Made by a program: the position numbers and the translations under genes. DNA of 26,097 bases. Origin: a virus (Duplodnaviria; Caudoviricetes). Positions within the stretch are counted from its first letter, which is position 1; each line of letters begins with the position of its first letter. Below the pieces are notes generated by a model. The model was not told where the DNA came from. It saw nothing but the letters and a program-made list of their open reading frames with translations, and searched no databases. Below are positions 17,937-26,097 of the stretch, piece by piece. The DNA lies in IMG/VR virus record IMGVR_UViG_3300020294_000030, positions 1-26,097 of that record; one strand, given 5' to 3'.

Positions 17937-19816
17937 CACAGTGGATTGGTGCTATTGCTAGAGGGCATAATGGTGGAGGATGTCTCCTAAAGGATGGTGA
18001 AGTAGTCTTTAATCTTGAAGAAGAAAGACTTAGTAGAATTAAACATGATGGTGCTCCTTTAGCAGCTATCACGAAGATGAAGGAGTATACTGATAAACTT
18101 GATTACTTTCTCATAGCTCATACTAGTCTGTTAAATCAATCAAAAGTAGCTCCTATACTTGATTATTGTAGAGATGATGCTTATTATGGTTTAGCAAGAA
18201 AGTTAGGATTGCTTGAAGTACCCAACAGTTCGTGGGCAGAAGAAGATTATACTGCTTTTCCAAGTGGGACTAAATGGCCAAGTAATGTAATTGATGTGGG
18301 ACATATACATCATAGATTACATGCAGCATCTGCTTTTTATAATTCTGGATTTGATACTGCATGTGCTGTGATCGTTGATGGTGCAGGATCATGGACTAGC
18401 TTTGGATTAGAAGAAGGAGATCGTGAGGATTATTGGGAGGTAGAAACTCTTTTTGATTGTGCTTATCCTCATAAATTTGATACAAAATATAAACATATTG
18501 CCACTAAGTTTGTTAGCCCTTTATTTTATCATGGTAATTTTAATTCTGGATTTTGGTCTGGGTATGGTGAGTTGGGTATTAATTGGGAATCAGAAGAGAA
18601 TGAATCTCATGAGTTACTTGCTAGGCATGGGTGTGGACTTGTAAAACCTTATGAAGCAATAACTGATTACTGTGGTTGGCAAGGTATTGAGGCAGGTAAA
18701 ACTATGGGATTATCTCCTTATGGTAAAGAGCATAAAGCATTCCCACCTTTATTCAAGACTCTTGGGGATGTATGCCCTGATCTTAAGTTTGCTTCACTTG
18801 ATATTTTTTCTCCATCATATCCACAAACAGCATTATTACAGTTAGATCATGAACCATATGTTAGAATGAAAGATGAGACTGTACCTCCTTGGCAGATGTC
18901 AAATAGACAAGATGCTGCTTGGAGAGTTCAGAATGATACTCAAGAACAAGTTTTAGCATTGATTAGAAAAGCTGTTAGACTGACAGGACAAAAGAATGTG
19001 GTACTTGCTGGAGGATATGGTTTAAATTGTGTTGCAAATTACTATTATCTTAATGAACTAAAGGATGAAGGAATCAATCTTTATGTTGAACCAATGAGCA
19101 ACGATTGTGGTACTGCTTATGGTGCTGCTTTATTGTGGCATCACTATAAGAATCCAGATAGTAAAAAGAGAGATAAAATTACTAATTTATATTCTGGTAT
19201 ACAATATAATCATTCACAAACGGAGATTAAAAAAATGACTAAGAAATTTGGTGGAGAAGTTTTAGATGCTACTGATAAAGATGTTATTGATCTTATCTTA
19301 GATCGAAATATTGTTTCACTTTTCCAAGGTAGATCTGAGTCTGGTCCTCGTGCTCTTGGTAACAGATCTATTCTATATGATCCAACTGATCCTAATGGTA
19401 AGGATCATGTTAATACGGTTAAACATCGTGAACCTTTTAGACCATTTGCAGGTACTATTCTTCAAGATCATGTCCATGATTGGTTTGATCTTCGTGGTAT
19501 GGATGAGACTCCATTCATGATGTATGCTGTTGAGTGTAAACCAGGTGTAGAAGATAAGATCCCTGCTATTCTCCATGTAGATAAGACATGTAGGATACAA
19601 ACAGTAACTAAGGAACAAAATGAAAACTACTACAACCTCATACAGGAATTCTTTGAACGAACTGGTTGTCCTATCCTCTTTAATACTTCCTTTAATTTGG
19701 GTGGAGAACCTTTGGTTGAAACACTCGAAGATGGTATTAAGACTCTTGCTTCTAGTGATATTGAGTATATGTATTTACCTGAGTATGGTAAGATGATTAC
19801 TATTAAAAATGACTAA
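17933..19816 (+). CDS. Carbamoyltransferase NodU/CmcH/TobZ family, full length
   Basis: Kae1-like domain (EEERLSRIKH, HHRLH, VDGAG, GKTMGLSPYG, GGYGLNCVAN, NDCG) plus YrdC-like domain (FQGRSESGPRALGNRSIL, KHREPFRPFA, HVDKTCRIQTV, NTSFNLGGEP). Confidence 0.93.
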   Translation: MTQWIGAIARGHNGGGCLLKDGEVVFNLEEERLSRIKHDGAPLAAITKMKEYTDKLDYFLIAHTSLLNQSKVAPILDYCRDDAYYGLARKLGLLEVPNSSWAEEDYTAFPSGTKWPSNVIDVGHIHHRLHAASAFYNSGFDTACAVIVDGAGSWTSFGLEEGDREDYWEVETLFDCAYPHKFDTKYKHIATKFVSPLFYHGNFNSGFWSGYGELGINWESEENESHELLARHGCGLVKPYEAITDYCGWQGIEAGKTMGLSPYGKEHKAFPPLFKTLGDVCPDLKFASLDIFSPSYPQTALLQLDHEPYVRMKDETVPPWQMSNRQDAAWRVQNDTQEQVLALIRKAVRLTGQKNVVLAGGYGLNCVANYYYLNELKDEGINLYVEPMSNDCGTAYGAALLWHHYKNPDSKKRDKITNLYSGIQYNHSQTEIKKMTKKFGGEVLDATDKDVIDLILDRNIVSLFQGRSESGPRALGNRSILYDPTDPNGKDHVNTVKHREPFRPFAGTILQDHVHDWFDLRGMDETPFMMYAVECKPGVEDKIPAILHVDKTCRIQTVTKEQNENYYNLIQEFFERTGCPILFNTSFNLGGEPLVETLEDGIKTLASSDIEYMYLPEYGKMITIKND

Positions 19817-20963
19817 ATGGATTGCTGGTATTACTCGTGGTCATGATGGTAGTACCTGTCTTTTAAAGGATGGTGAGATAGTATTCTTTGTAGAAGAAGA
19901 AAGACTATCACGGTATAAACATGATGGAACTCCCTTATTATCTTTGCAGAAGTGTAAGGATTATACTGATCATTTAGATTATCTTGTAATTTGTCATACA
20001 CAACCTCTATCTGATGCTCCTAAGATTGATTATGCAGTCACTGGTGCAGAGGAAGATATCTATACTTCAATTGGTAGAAAGACAGGGTTGATTGACGATT
20101 CAAATAAAGTAATAGATTATAGCAGACGACATCATAAATGTCATGCTGCTACTGCTTTCTATCGTTCAGGATTTGAAACAGCAACGGCACTAATAGTTGA
20201 TGGTGGAGGGTCTTGTTTTAATAATAATAATGTATTTTATTATGAAACTGAAAGTATATTTGAGTGTTCATATTCTGCAGGGATAAACACACTTTACAAA
20301 CATCTAGGCGGTACAACCTCTACTAAAAGAGAAATATATTCAGACTTTAATACAAGTATGCTTGATGAAGAAGATCGTGGAAAATGTATTTGTATCGTTG
20401 ATGGTTTAGCAAGCCTTGCTAATGCATATCTTGCTGTTAATGTGCATCTTGGATTCCATCCCTTAGATTGTGGTAAGACAATGGGTCTTGCTCCATATGG
20501 TAAATTTAATCCTGATACACCATCTATATTTTATGATAAGGTGTTTAATTATTATACTCCAGTCAATTCAAATTTTATTAGTTCAGTTTTTCCTCCTGGA
20601 GCTATGCTATTAGATATTGGTAAAGAACTTGATGCAAAAGACCTAGCATATAAAGTTCAACAAGAGACTCAAGATGTTATGACAGAATATCTTAAAGAAT
20701 CTGTAAATATGACTGGAAATTATAATATTGTTCTTAGTGGAGGGTATGCTTTAAATTGTGTTGCCAACTATCATTACTTGGAACAACTTAAAGATGATGG
20801 TATAAATCTTTATGTTGAACCAATAAGTAATGATGCTGGCACTGCTATGGGTGCAGCATTATATCACCATTATAAAACAACAGGTGATAAAACAATAAGA
20901 GATTATTCTAGTCCTTATCTTGGACCAGAGTATTCTTATGATGATTTACTAAGTTTATTATGA
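19809..20963 (+). CDS. Carbamoyltransferase N-terminal (Kae1-like) domain only, paralogue 2
   Basis: EEERLSRYKH, HHKCH, VDGGG, GKTMGLAPYG, GGYALNCVAN, NDAG; ends after the YLGP linker, with no GPRALG domain. Confidence 0.88.
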   Translation: MTKWIAGITRGHDGSTCLLKDGEIVFFVEEERLSRYKHDGTPLLSLQKCKDYTDHLDYLVICHTQPLSDAPKIDYAVTGAEEDIYTSIGRKTGLIDDSNKVIDYSRRHHKCHAATAFYRSGFETATALIVDGGGSCFNNNNVFYYETESIFECSYSAGINTLYKHLGGTTSTKREIYSDFNTSMLDEEDRGKCICIVDGLASLANAYLAVNVHLGFHPLDCGKTMGLAPYGKFNPDTPSIFYDKVFNYYTPVNSNFISSVFPPGAMLLDIGKELDAKDLAYKVQQETQDVMTEYLKESVNMTGNYNIVLSGGYALNCVANYHYLEQLKDDGINLYVEPISNDAGTAMGAALYHHYKTTGDKTIRDYSSPYLGPEYSYDDLLSLL

Positions 20964-21388
20964 AAAGATTTATCCATCCCTTTGCACCAGTAAGAGTCTT
21001 TGTCAATGGTACATTTGATCTCTTACATCCAGGTCACATATCATTACTAAACTATGCTAAGTCTTTAGGGAACTATGTTATAGTTGGTATCGATACTGAC
21101 GATAGAGTAAGGGAAAAGAAAGGACCAACTCGTCCAATATATAATCAGGAAGATAGAGGACTGATGTTGATTGCTCTTGAAGCAGTGGATGAGGTGACTT
21201 ACTTTGATAGTGATGAATCTCTTGAGGCATTGGTAAAAGAGATAAAACCTGATATAATGGTGGTTGGTTCTGATTGGAAGGACAAGTCGGTCATTGGATC
21301 GTATTGGTCTGCCGATTTAAAATTCTTTGATAGAATAGAAGAGTATGCAACTTCAAAGACAGTACAATGTATTATTGATAGGGGATAG
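20960..21388 (+). CDS. HldC/RfaE-II-like sugar-1-phosphate nucleotidyltransferase
   Basis: NGTFDLLHPGH (HxGH), VGIDTD..V...KG..RP, DIMVVGSDW; adjacent to the cognate kinase. Confidence 0.82.
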   Translation: MKRFIHPFAPVRVFVNGTFDLLHPGHISLLNYAKSLGNYVIVGIDTDDRVREKKGPTRPIYNQEDRGLMLIALEAVDEVTYFDSDESLEALVKEIKPDIMVVGSDWKDKSVIGSYWSADLKFFDRIEEYATSKTVQCIIDRG

Positions 21389-22130
21389 TTGTGTTGATGA
21401 ATGGGTTTATGGATCTTGTGATCGTTTAAGTCCTGAAGCACCTATACCTGTCATGAAATATGGTCAGAAGCAAACTGCTTCTGGTATGGCTGCTAATGTC
21501 CATGAGAATTTAAAGTCTCTTGGTATTACTGTTAACTTCTTAACAAATAGAGAGACCATTACTAAGACAAGATACATTGATGATAAGTCTAATTATCAGG
21601 TGATGCGTCTTGATAATGAACCTAAGGTAAAACCTTTGCGTGAAGCAGAACTTCGCATGGCAGCAATGCATTGTGATTATGATGCTGTTGTTATATCAGA
21701 TTATGATAAAGGTTATATTGATTATAGTTTGTTTGATATACTAGCACCAAAGAATCCAAACATTAAAATATTTGTTGACACTAAGAAGACGAAGTTGCCA
21801 GTACACTATAATAATATAGTATATAAAATTAATAAGAAAGAGTTTGAGTTACTAGACCCTAATCATATACCTAGGGGTGAGAATATGATTGTGACTCATG
21901 GTGCTAACGGTGCTCTATGGAATAAAAAACAGATACCTGTACCTATTACTAGAGTATTTGATGTTACTGGTGCTGGTGATACATTTTTAGCAGCATTGGT
22001 ATGGTATTACATCCAGTTACCTTCAATGGAAGAAGCAATTACTTTTGCTAATAGATGTGCAGCAATTGCAGTCCAGAATCCTGGTACATATACTTTAACG
22101 ATGGAGGATGTTGATGGCATCCTTAAGTAA
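21345..22130 (+). CDS. HldA/RfaE-I-like heptose-7-phosphate kinase (PfkB family)
   Basis: IGDSCVDEWVYG..DRLSPEAPIPV, GMAANV, ISDYDKG, VFDVTGAGDTF. Confidence 0.88.
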   Translation: MQLQRQYNVLLIGDSCVDEWVYGSCDRLSPEAPIPVMKYGQKQTASGMAANVHENLKSLGITVNFLTNRETITKTRYIDDKSNYQVMRLDNEPKVKPLREAELRMAAMHCDYDAVVISDYDKGYIDYSLFDILAPKNPNIKIFVDTKKTKLPVHYNNIVYKINKKEFELLDPNHIPRGENMIVTHGANGALWNKKQIPVPITRVFDVTGAGDTFLAALVWYYIQLPSMEEAITFANRCAAIAVQNPGTYTLTMEDVDGILK

Positions 22131-23181
22131 TTTATTATCTTATAATTGTTTTCATGATGCTTCTATATGTTTTATGGAACATCCTACTTCATTCTTTCAT
22201 TTGGAAGAGGAAAGAATAAGTAGGCATAAGAATGATTTTAGACCTTACTTAGCTCTTGCTGATTCTCGTGATCGTATTAAAGATCTTAAATATATTTTTC
22301 ATACAACTGTAAATAACTATCAAGATGAAGAAAGATATAGATCAGTTTTAGATTTTACTTTTGAATTAACTAAGAAGGTTGATCAAGAAGATTTTAAGGA
22401 TCATATGTTAGGAGAGGTTAAGTATCTTGATTGGACTAGTGATCATCATTTATTCCATGCAGCATTGGGATTTTATAACTCTGGATTTGAAGATGCTATT
22501 TGTATAAGTGTTGATGGTGCTGGTGCTCTTTTGGATGAAGGTTATGAAGTGGAAACTATCTATGAAACTTCTTATCCTGCTTCTTTTAAAAAGTTAGATC
22601 AGAAATTAGTTGCAGTTGATTCTACTAAAGGTCTTGGTATAGGATTTGTTTATGCTGGTATCAGTGAGTATCTTGGATTCGGAACTCTTGATTGTGGGAA
22701 ACTAATGGGTCTCTCATCTTATGGTAAATTTAATCCTGATATACCATCATTTCTTATTGATGGTGAAATAGATGAGACTCTATGGGAGAGAGATCCTAGC
22801 GGAATTATTTTAAAACCTTTGGAACATGTTCCTAGTGTAGAAAGAAATGAACTTCATGATATTCATTCTGATTTGGCATGGAGAGTTCAAAAAGACTTTG
22901 AAACTTATATGATTAATTTAATCAATAAAGCAATAGACCTAGGGCAGTCTAAGAATATTGTTTTGTCTGGTGGATGTGCTTTAAATTGTGTAGCAAATTA
23001 TGAATACCTTAAGCATCTTCCAGAAGGATATAAATTATATGTAGAACCTTGCTCTACTGATTCTGGTACTTCTGTTGGTATGGCAATGTATGCTTGGCGT
23101 AAACTCACAGGATCTACAGAAATTTATCCTATAAAAGATTTGTATTGGGGACCAAAAAGAGATGAATATTGTATCTTATAA
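22114..23181 (+). CDS. Carbamoyltransferase N-terminal domain only, paralogue 3
   Basis: HDAS, EEERISRHK, HHLFH, VDGAG, GKLMGLSSYG, GGCALNCVAN, TDSG, YWGP. ATG 22114 chosen because of GGAGG at 22103-22107. Confidence 0.88.
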   Translation: MASLSNLLSYNCFHDASICFMEHPTSFFHLEEERISRHKNDFRPYLALADSRDRIKDLKYIFHTTVNNYQDEERYRSVLDFTFELTKKVDQEDFKDHMLGEVKYLDWTSDHHLFHAALGFYNSGFEDAICISVDGAGALLDEGYEVETIYETSYPASFKKLDQKLVAVDSTKGLGIGFVYAGISEYLGFGTLDCGKLMGLSSYGKFNPDIPSFLIDGEIDETLWERDPSGIILKPLEHVPSVERNELHDIHSDLAWRVQKDFETYMINLINKAIDLGQSKNIVLSGGCALNCVANYEYLKHLPEGYKLYVEPCSTDSGTSVGMAMYAWRKLTGSTEIYPIKDLYWGPKRDEYCIL

Positions 23182-23755
23182 TTGTTCTCATAATGCTGCT
23201 GTTTGCTATTTAAAAGATGGTAAGATAGAGTGGATGATAGAAGAAGAAAGAGTTAGTAGAAAGAAGCATGATCATAGACCTTACATATCATTGGTTGATA
23301 CTGTTAGAAAGGTTGATGATATAGAGATTGCATTGTATACTACATTACATCACAGTGATGATCCTGAACTTTCTGATAGAGTATTTAATTTTACATGTGA
23401 ATTGATACAGAAGGTTAAAGATAAACCTAAGTTAATGGATTGTAGTGATGAGCATCACTTACATCATGCATCATTGGGATTTTATAACTCTGGATTTGAA
23501 GAAGCAGCAGTGCTAGTTGTTGATGGTGCTGGTGCATATGTTGAGGGTGGAGGGCATGAAGTAGAAACTATATACAAGGCATCGTATCCTCATACATTTG
23601 ATAAAGTACATCAGAGAGCAGTCCCTTGGTATAAGGGATCTACTATGACTGACTATACTATTGGTATAGGATTTGTTTATGCTGGTATCAGTGAGTATCT
23701 TGGATTCGGAACTCTTGATTGTGGGAAACTAATGGGTCTCTCATCTTATGGTAAA
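22634..23755 (+). repeat. 95-bp exact direct repeat between paralogues 3 and 4 (22634-22728 / 23661-23755)
   Basis: TTGGTATAGGATTTGTTTATGCTGG...TCATCTTATGGTAAA is identical in both copies. Also exact 31-bp (22463-22493 / 23472-23502) and 39-bp (23116-23154 / 24107-24145) tracts. Confidence 0.92.
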
Positions 23756-24166
23756 GAAGATCCTAATATCAAATCATTCTTAATTGATGGTGAGGTTGAT
23801 GAGACTTTATGGGAGAGAGATCCTAATGGTGTTAAGTTTAAACCTTATGGTGATGTTAGTCCTGCTAATTTAGCATGGAGATGTCAGAAAGATTTTGAAA
23901 CATATATGATAGCGTTGATTAAGAAAGCATTGGAGGTTAGTAATAATATAGTATTGTCAGGAGGTTGTGCTCTAAATTGTGTAGCAAATTATGAGTACTT
24001 GAAACATCTTCCAGAAGGTGCTAAACTGTATGTTGAACCAGTGTCTAGTGATGCTGGTACTGCTGCTGGTTTAGCGATGTATGGTTGGAGAAATCTTACT
24101 AAGTCAACAGAAATTTATCCTATAAAAGATTTGTATTGGGGACCACAACATGAGATATTGCTTTGA
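23162..24166 (+). CDS. Carbamoyltransferase N-terminal domain only, paralogue 4
   Basis: EEERVSRKKH, HHLHH, VDGAG, GKLMGLSSYG, GGCALNCVAN, SDAG, YWGP. Confidence 0.88.
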   Translation: MNIVSYNCSHNAAVCYLKDGKIEWMIEEERVSRKKHDHRPYISLVDTVRKVDDIEIALYTTLHHSDDPELSDRVFNFTCELIQKVKDKPKLMDCSDEHHLHHASLGFYNSGFEEAAVLVVDGAGAYVEGGGHEVETIYKASYPHTFDKVHQRAVPWYKGSTMTDYTIGIGFVYAGISEYLGFGTLDCGKLMGLSSYGKEDPNIKSFLIDGEVDETLWERDPNGVKFKPYGDVSPANLAWRCQKDFETYMIALIKKALEVSNNIVLSGGCALNCVANYEYLKHLPEGAKLYVEPVSSDAGTAAGLAMYGWRNLTKSTEIYPIKDLYWGPQHEILL

Positions 24167-24491
24167 TATAGATGGTACGATATGTACACCTGGTACATGT
24201 AAGTCGTGCCAGTATGAAGGTGCTACTCCTAAGAAAGATAGGATAGAAAAAATTAATAAGTTATATGATGAAGGACACTACATTATATACATGACTGCTC
24301 GTGCTATGGGTAGGAATAAAGATCTTCCTCATGCAGAAGCAGCAAAGAAAGCAGTGGATGTAGTGGAACCCCTCACAAAAATGCAGCTAGATATATGGGG
24401 GTGTAAATATCATCAGTTAATCTTTGGTAAACCCCATGCTGACTTATTCATCGATGACAAAGGTGTAAAAGACGAGGACTTTTTTAAATGA
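24150..24491 (+). CDS. Small capless HAD-family phosphatase
   Basis: FDIDGT motif I, MTAR motif II, GKP...FIDDK motifs III/IV. Confidence 0.85.
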   Translation: MRYCFDIDGTICTPGTCKSCQYEGATPKKDRIEKINKLYDEGHYIIYMTARAMGRNKDLPHAEAAKKAVDVVEPLTKMQLDIWGCKYHQLIFGKPHADLFIDDKGVKDEDFFK

Positions 24492-25423
24492 CTTCATGTA
24501 CTAGAGTTGCAGGTGCTCAGATACCTGTATGTGACAAATCAATCTCATATAATAAAATTGAGATTCTTAAAGCTATTGATTGGGCTAAAGAAAATAGTGT
24601 TGATTACTTATTAACTCCCGAAGGTTCTCTTTCTGGATATGGTCAAGAATGGAGAGATAAAGAAGCAGAATTAAATGCTGCAATTGAAGAAGTTTTAGAG
24701 CATCAAAAGAAGTGTGGCGTTGGTTTATGTTTTGCAAATTTATATCATAATAGAATTAAAGATCGTGTTGAATTAAAAGATAGTATTAATTTTTATGATA
24801 AGAATGGGGTATGGATTAATCGTATTGATAAGAGATATGTAATAAATGGTGATGCACAATCTATGGAAATGGTTTCTAAAAGAGATGATGAATATCTATT
24901 TGATCTTCCTGATACACCTCACAGAGTTACTGGGATGATATGTAATGATATGTGGGGATGGGAGATGATACATTCACCATTTTTAAGCCAGTCTATACTT
25001 AATGGTTTAATGGGTCAGCAGAATCACGGAATGGCTCCTGATATAATATTTCATGCATCTAATGCTTATAAAGTGCATAAAGATAAGGAAAAGGAAGTTC
25101 CAGAAGTTTCAAATGTTAATATGTATCACGAATCTCATGTCAGGCACACTGCATTACAACTTAGTACTTGTGTAGTTACAGTAGATAGTTGTGTTCCTTG
25201 GAATTGGAATGGTGATTTAAATAGTATTAATGATTACTTAACTCCAGTACCGAGTGGAGTTGTTGGACCAACTGGAGATTACTTGACTCAAGCTCCTAGG
25301 ACTGGTCGTCAATACTTTTATTATGATATAGAATTTAATAGGAGATTGAAAGATGTTCCTGAATTTATCGAGAGAGAAGAAAAGTATATGATACACCCTG
25401 AACTTCCATTCCATGTACGATGA
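24488..25423 (+). CDS. Nitrilase / carbon-nitrogen hydrolase family protein
   Basis: VAGAQ N-terminus; putative Glu-Lys-Cys triad in LLTPEGSLSGY, RIDKRY, GMICNDMW. Confidence 0.8.
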   Translation: MTSCTRVAGAQIPVCDKSISYNKIEILKAIDWAKENSVDYLLTPEGSLSGYGQEWRDKEAELNAAIEEVLEHQKKCGVGLCFANLYHNRIKDRVELKDSINFYDKNGVWINRIDKRYVINGDAQSMEMVSKRDDEYLFDLPDTPHRVTGMICNDMWGWEMIHSPFLSQSILNGLMGQQNHGMAPDIIFHASNAYKVHKDKEKEVPEVSNVNMYHESHVRHTALQLSTCVVTVDSCVPWNWNGDLNSINDYLTPVPSGVVGPTGDYLTQAPRTGRQYFYYDIEFNRRLKDVPEFIEREEKYMIHPELPFHVR

Positions 25424-25782
25424 GAGAAACTAAACCAAAATTTGTCCCTAAAGGATGGGGTTGGGAGAAATGGATTGCCAATTCTTCTGAGTACTGTGGT
25501 AAGTTACTCTTCATTAAGAAGAACCACAGGTGTTCATGGCACTACCATATACTAAAAGATGAGACCTTCTATCTACAGTCAGGGAAGATCCATTTGTTTT
25601 ATGGTGCTACAGATAACTTAGAGGATGCAAAGACAATGATACTAGAACCTGGCGATAGTTTCCATTGTTGTAGGAAGACTAGACATCAGATGGTAGCAAT
25701 AGAAGACGCAGAACTATTTGAATTTTCAACTCAGCATTTTGATGAGGATTCACACCGAGTTATACCTGGAGATACTCTTTAA
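25420..25782 (+). CDS. Cupin, sugar-phosphate isomerase-like
   Basis: VPKGWGWE, SWHYHILKDETFY, HQM, EFST. Confidence 0.8.
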   Translation: MRETKPKFVPKGWGWEKWIANSSEYCGKLLFIKKNHRCSWHYHILKDETFYLQSGKIHLFYGATDNLEDAKTMILEPGDSFHCCRKTRHQMVAIEDAELFEFSTQHFDEDSHRVIPGDTL

Positions 25783-26095
25783 CTGTTTTAAATTTGTAAT
25801 CTTTCAACCAACTCATGTTTGCTATGGTATAATACTGGTACTTACCCTTTAAGTGAGGTGGAAATGGGATTGGAGACAATTTCGACTGCGTTTTTAATGA
25901 AACTAGTTGAGCTACAGTGTCAATTGATGTTGGCGATCCTGTGCCAAGATCGAATATGCCAGAACCCGCATTGTTCGATAAAGCTACATTCACAAGATCC
26001 CCTACCCACACATAGTCACGAAGGATTTTCTCGGAGCCTTCAAACGGATGTATTTGACCAGTAGCTGCTTGCCATTGGAACTGACTGACTAGTGA
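25760..26095 (-). CDS. hldD: ADP-L-glycero-D-manno-heptose 6-epimerase, C-terminal part (continues beyond the right edge)
   Basis: Open frame from the window end: SLVSQF...FEGSEKILRDYVWVGDLVN...SGIFDLGTG...PIPFPPHLKGKYQYYTIAN...FKTVKE. Matches the HldD/RfaD C-terminus. Confidence 0.85.
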   Translation of the reverse strand, partial: SLVSQFQWQAATGQIHPFEGSEKILRDYVWVGDLVNVALSNNAGSGIFDLGTGSPTSIDTVAQLVSLKTQSKLSPIPFPPHLKGKYQYYTIANMSWLKDYKFKTVKEYLQV

Positions 26096-26097
26096 TG

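Noticed and set aside
22634-23755. 95-bp repeat as a DGR template/variable repeat or mobile-element end
   Set aside because: Copies are identical (no adenine-specific mismatches), in-frame in paralogous positions, and no reverse transcriptase or transposase is present.
19809-24166. Short carbamoyltransferases as pseudogenes or frameshifted full-length genes
   Set aside because: Frames are intact, catalytic motifs are kept and all end at the same domain boundary. The downstream sequence encodes other recognisable proteins rather than the missing C-domain.
25819-26064. 81-aa + strand ORF
   Set aside because: Antisense to the hldD frame, which has strong family motifs.

Overview
This window comes from a T4-like marine cyanomyovirus. 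The host is almost certainly Prochlorococcus, since the D1 protein carries the divinyl-chlorophyll-associated Met205/Cys282 and pebS is present. Nearly all genes are on the + strand, in three blocks. (1) ~1-8750: an auxiliary metabolic island with three hli genes, many tiny membrane-protein ORFs missed by the ORF track, an 826-aa modular protein, intron-less psbA with a structured 5' leader, purN, pebS and two 2OG-Fe(II) oxygenases. (2) ~8780-15380: late tail/tail-fibre genes, including a 1336-aa carbohydrate-binding/beta-helix structural protein, a very Cys/Gly-rich fibre-tip-like protein and a fibre assembly chaperone. (3) ~15465-26097: an enzyme cluster, tightly overlapping from 16902 onward. 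It holds two DUF6445-like oxygenases, a GT9-like (heptosyltransferase-fold) glycosyltransferase, FOUR NodU/CmcH/TobZ carbamoyltransferase paralogues (one full-length, three Kae1-like transfer domain only, all with intact metal ligands), split HldE (nucleotidyltransferase and kinase), a HAD phosphatase, a nitrilase-family hydrolase, a cupin and a convergent HldD epimerase. The best candidate for an undescribed system is this block. It looks like a phage-encoded 'nucleotide-heptose + multi-site carbamoylation' pathway next to the tail-fibre genes, and its target (virion fibres, host surface or DNA) is unknown. All family calls come from motif recognition, not database searches.
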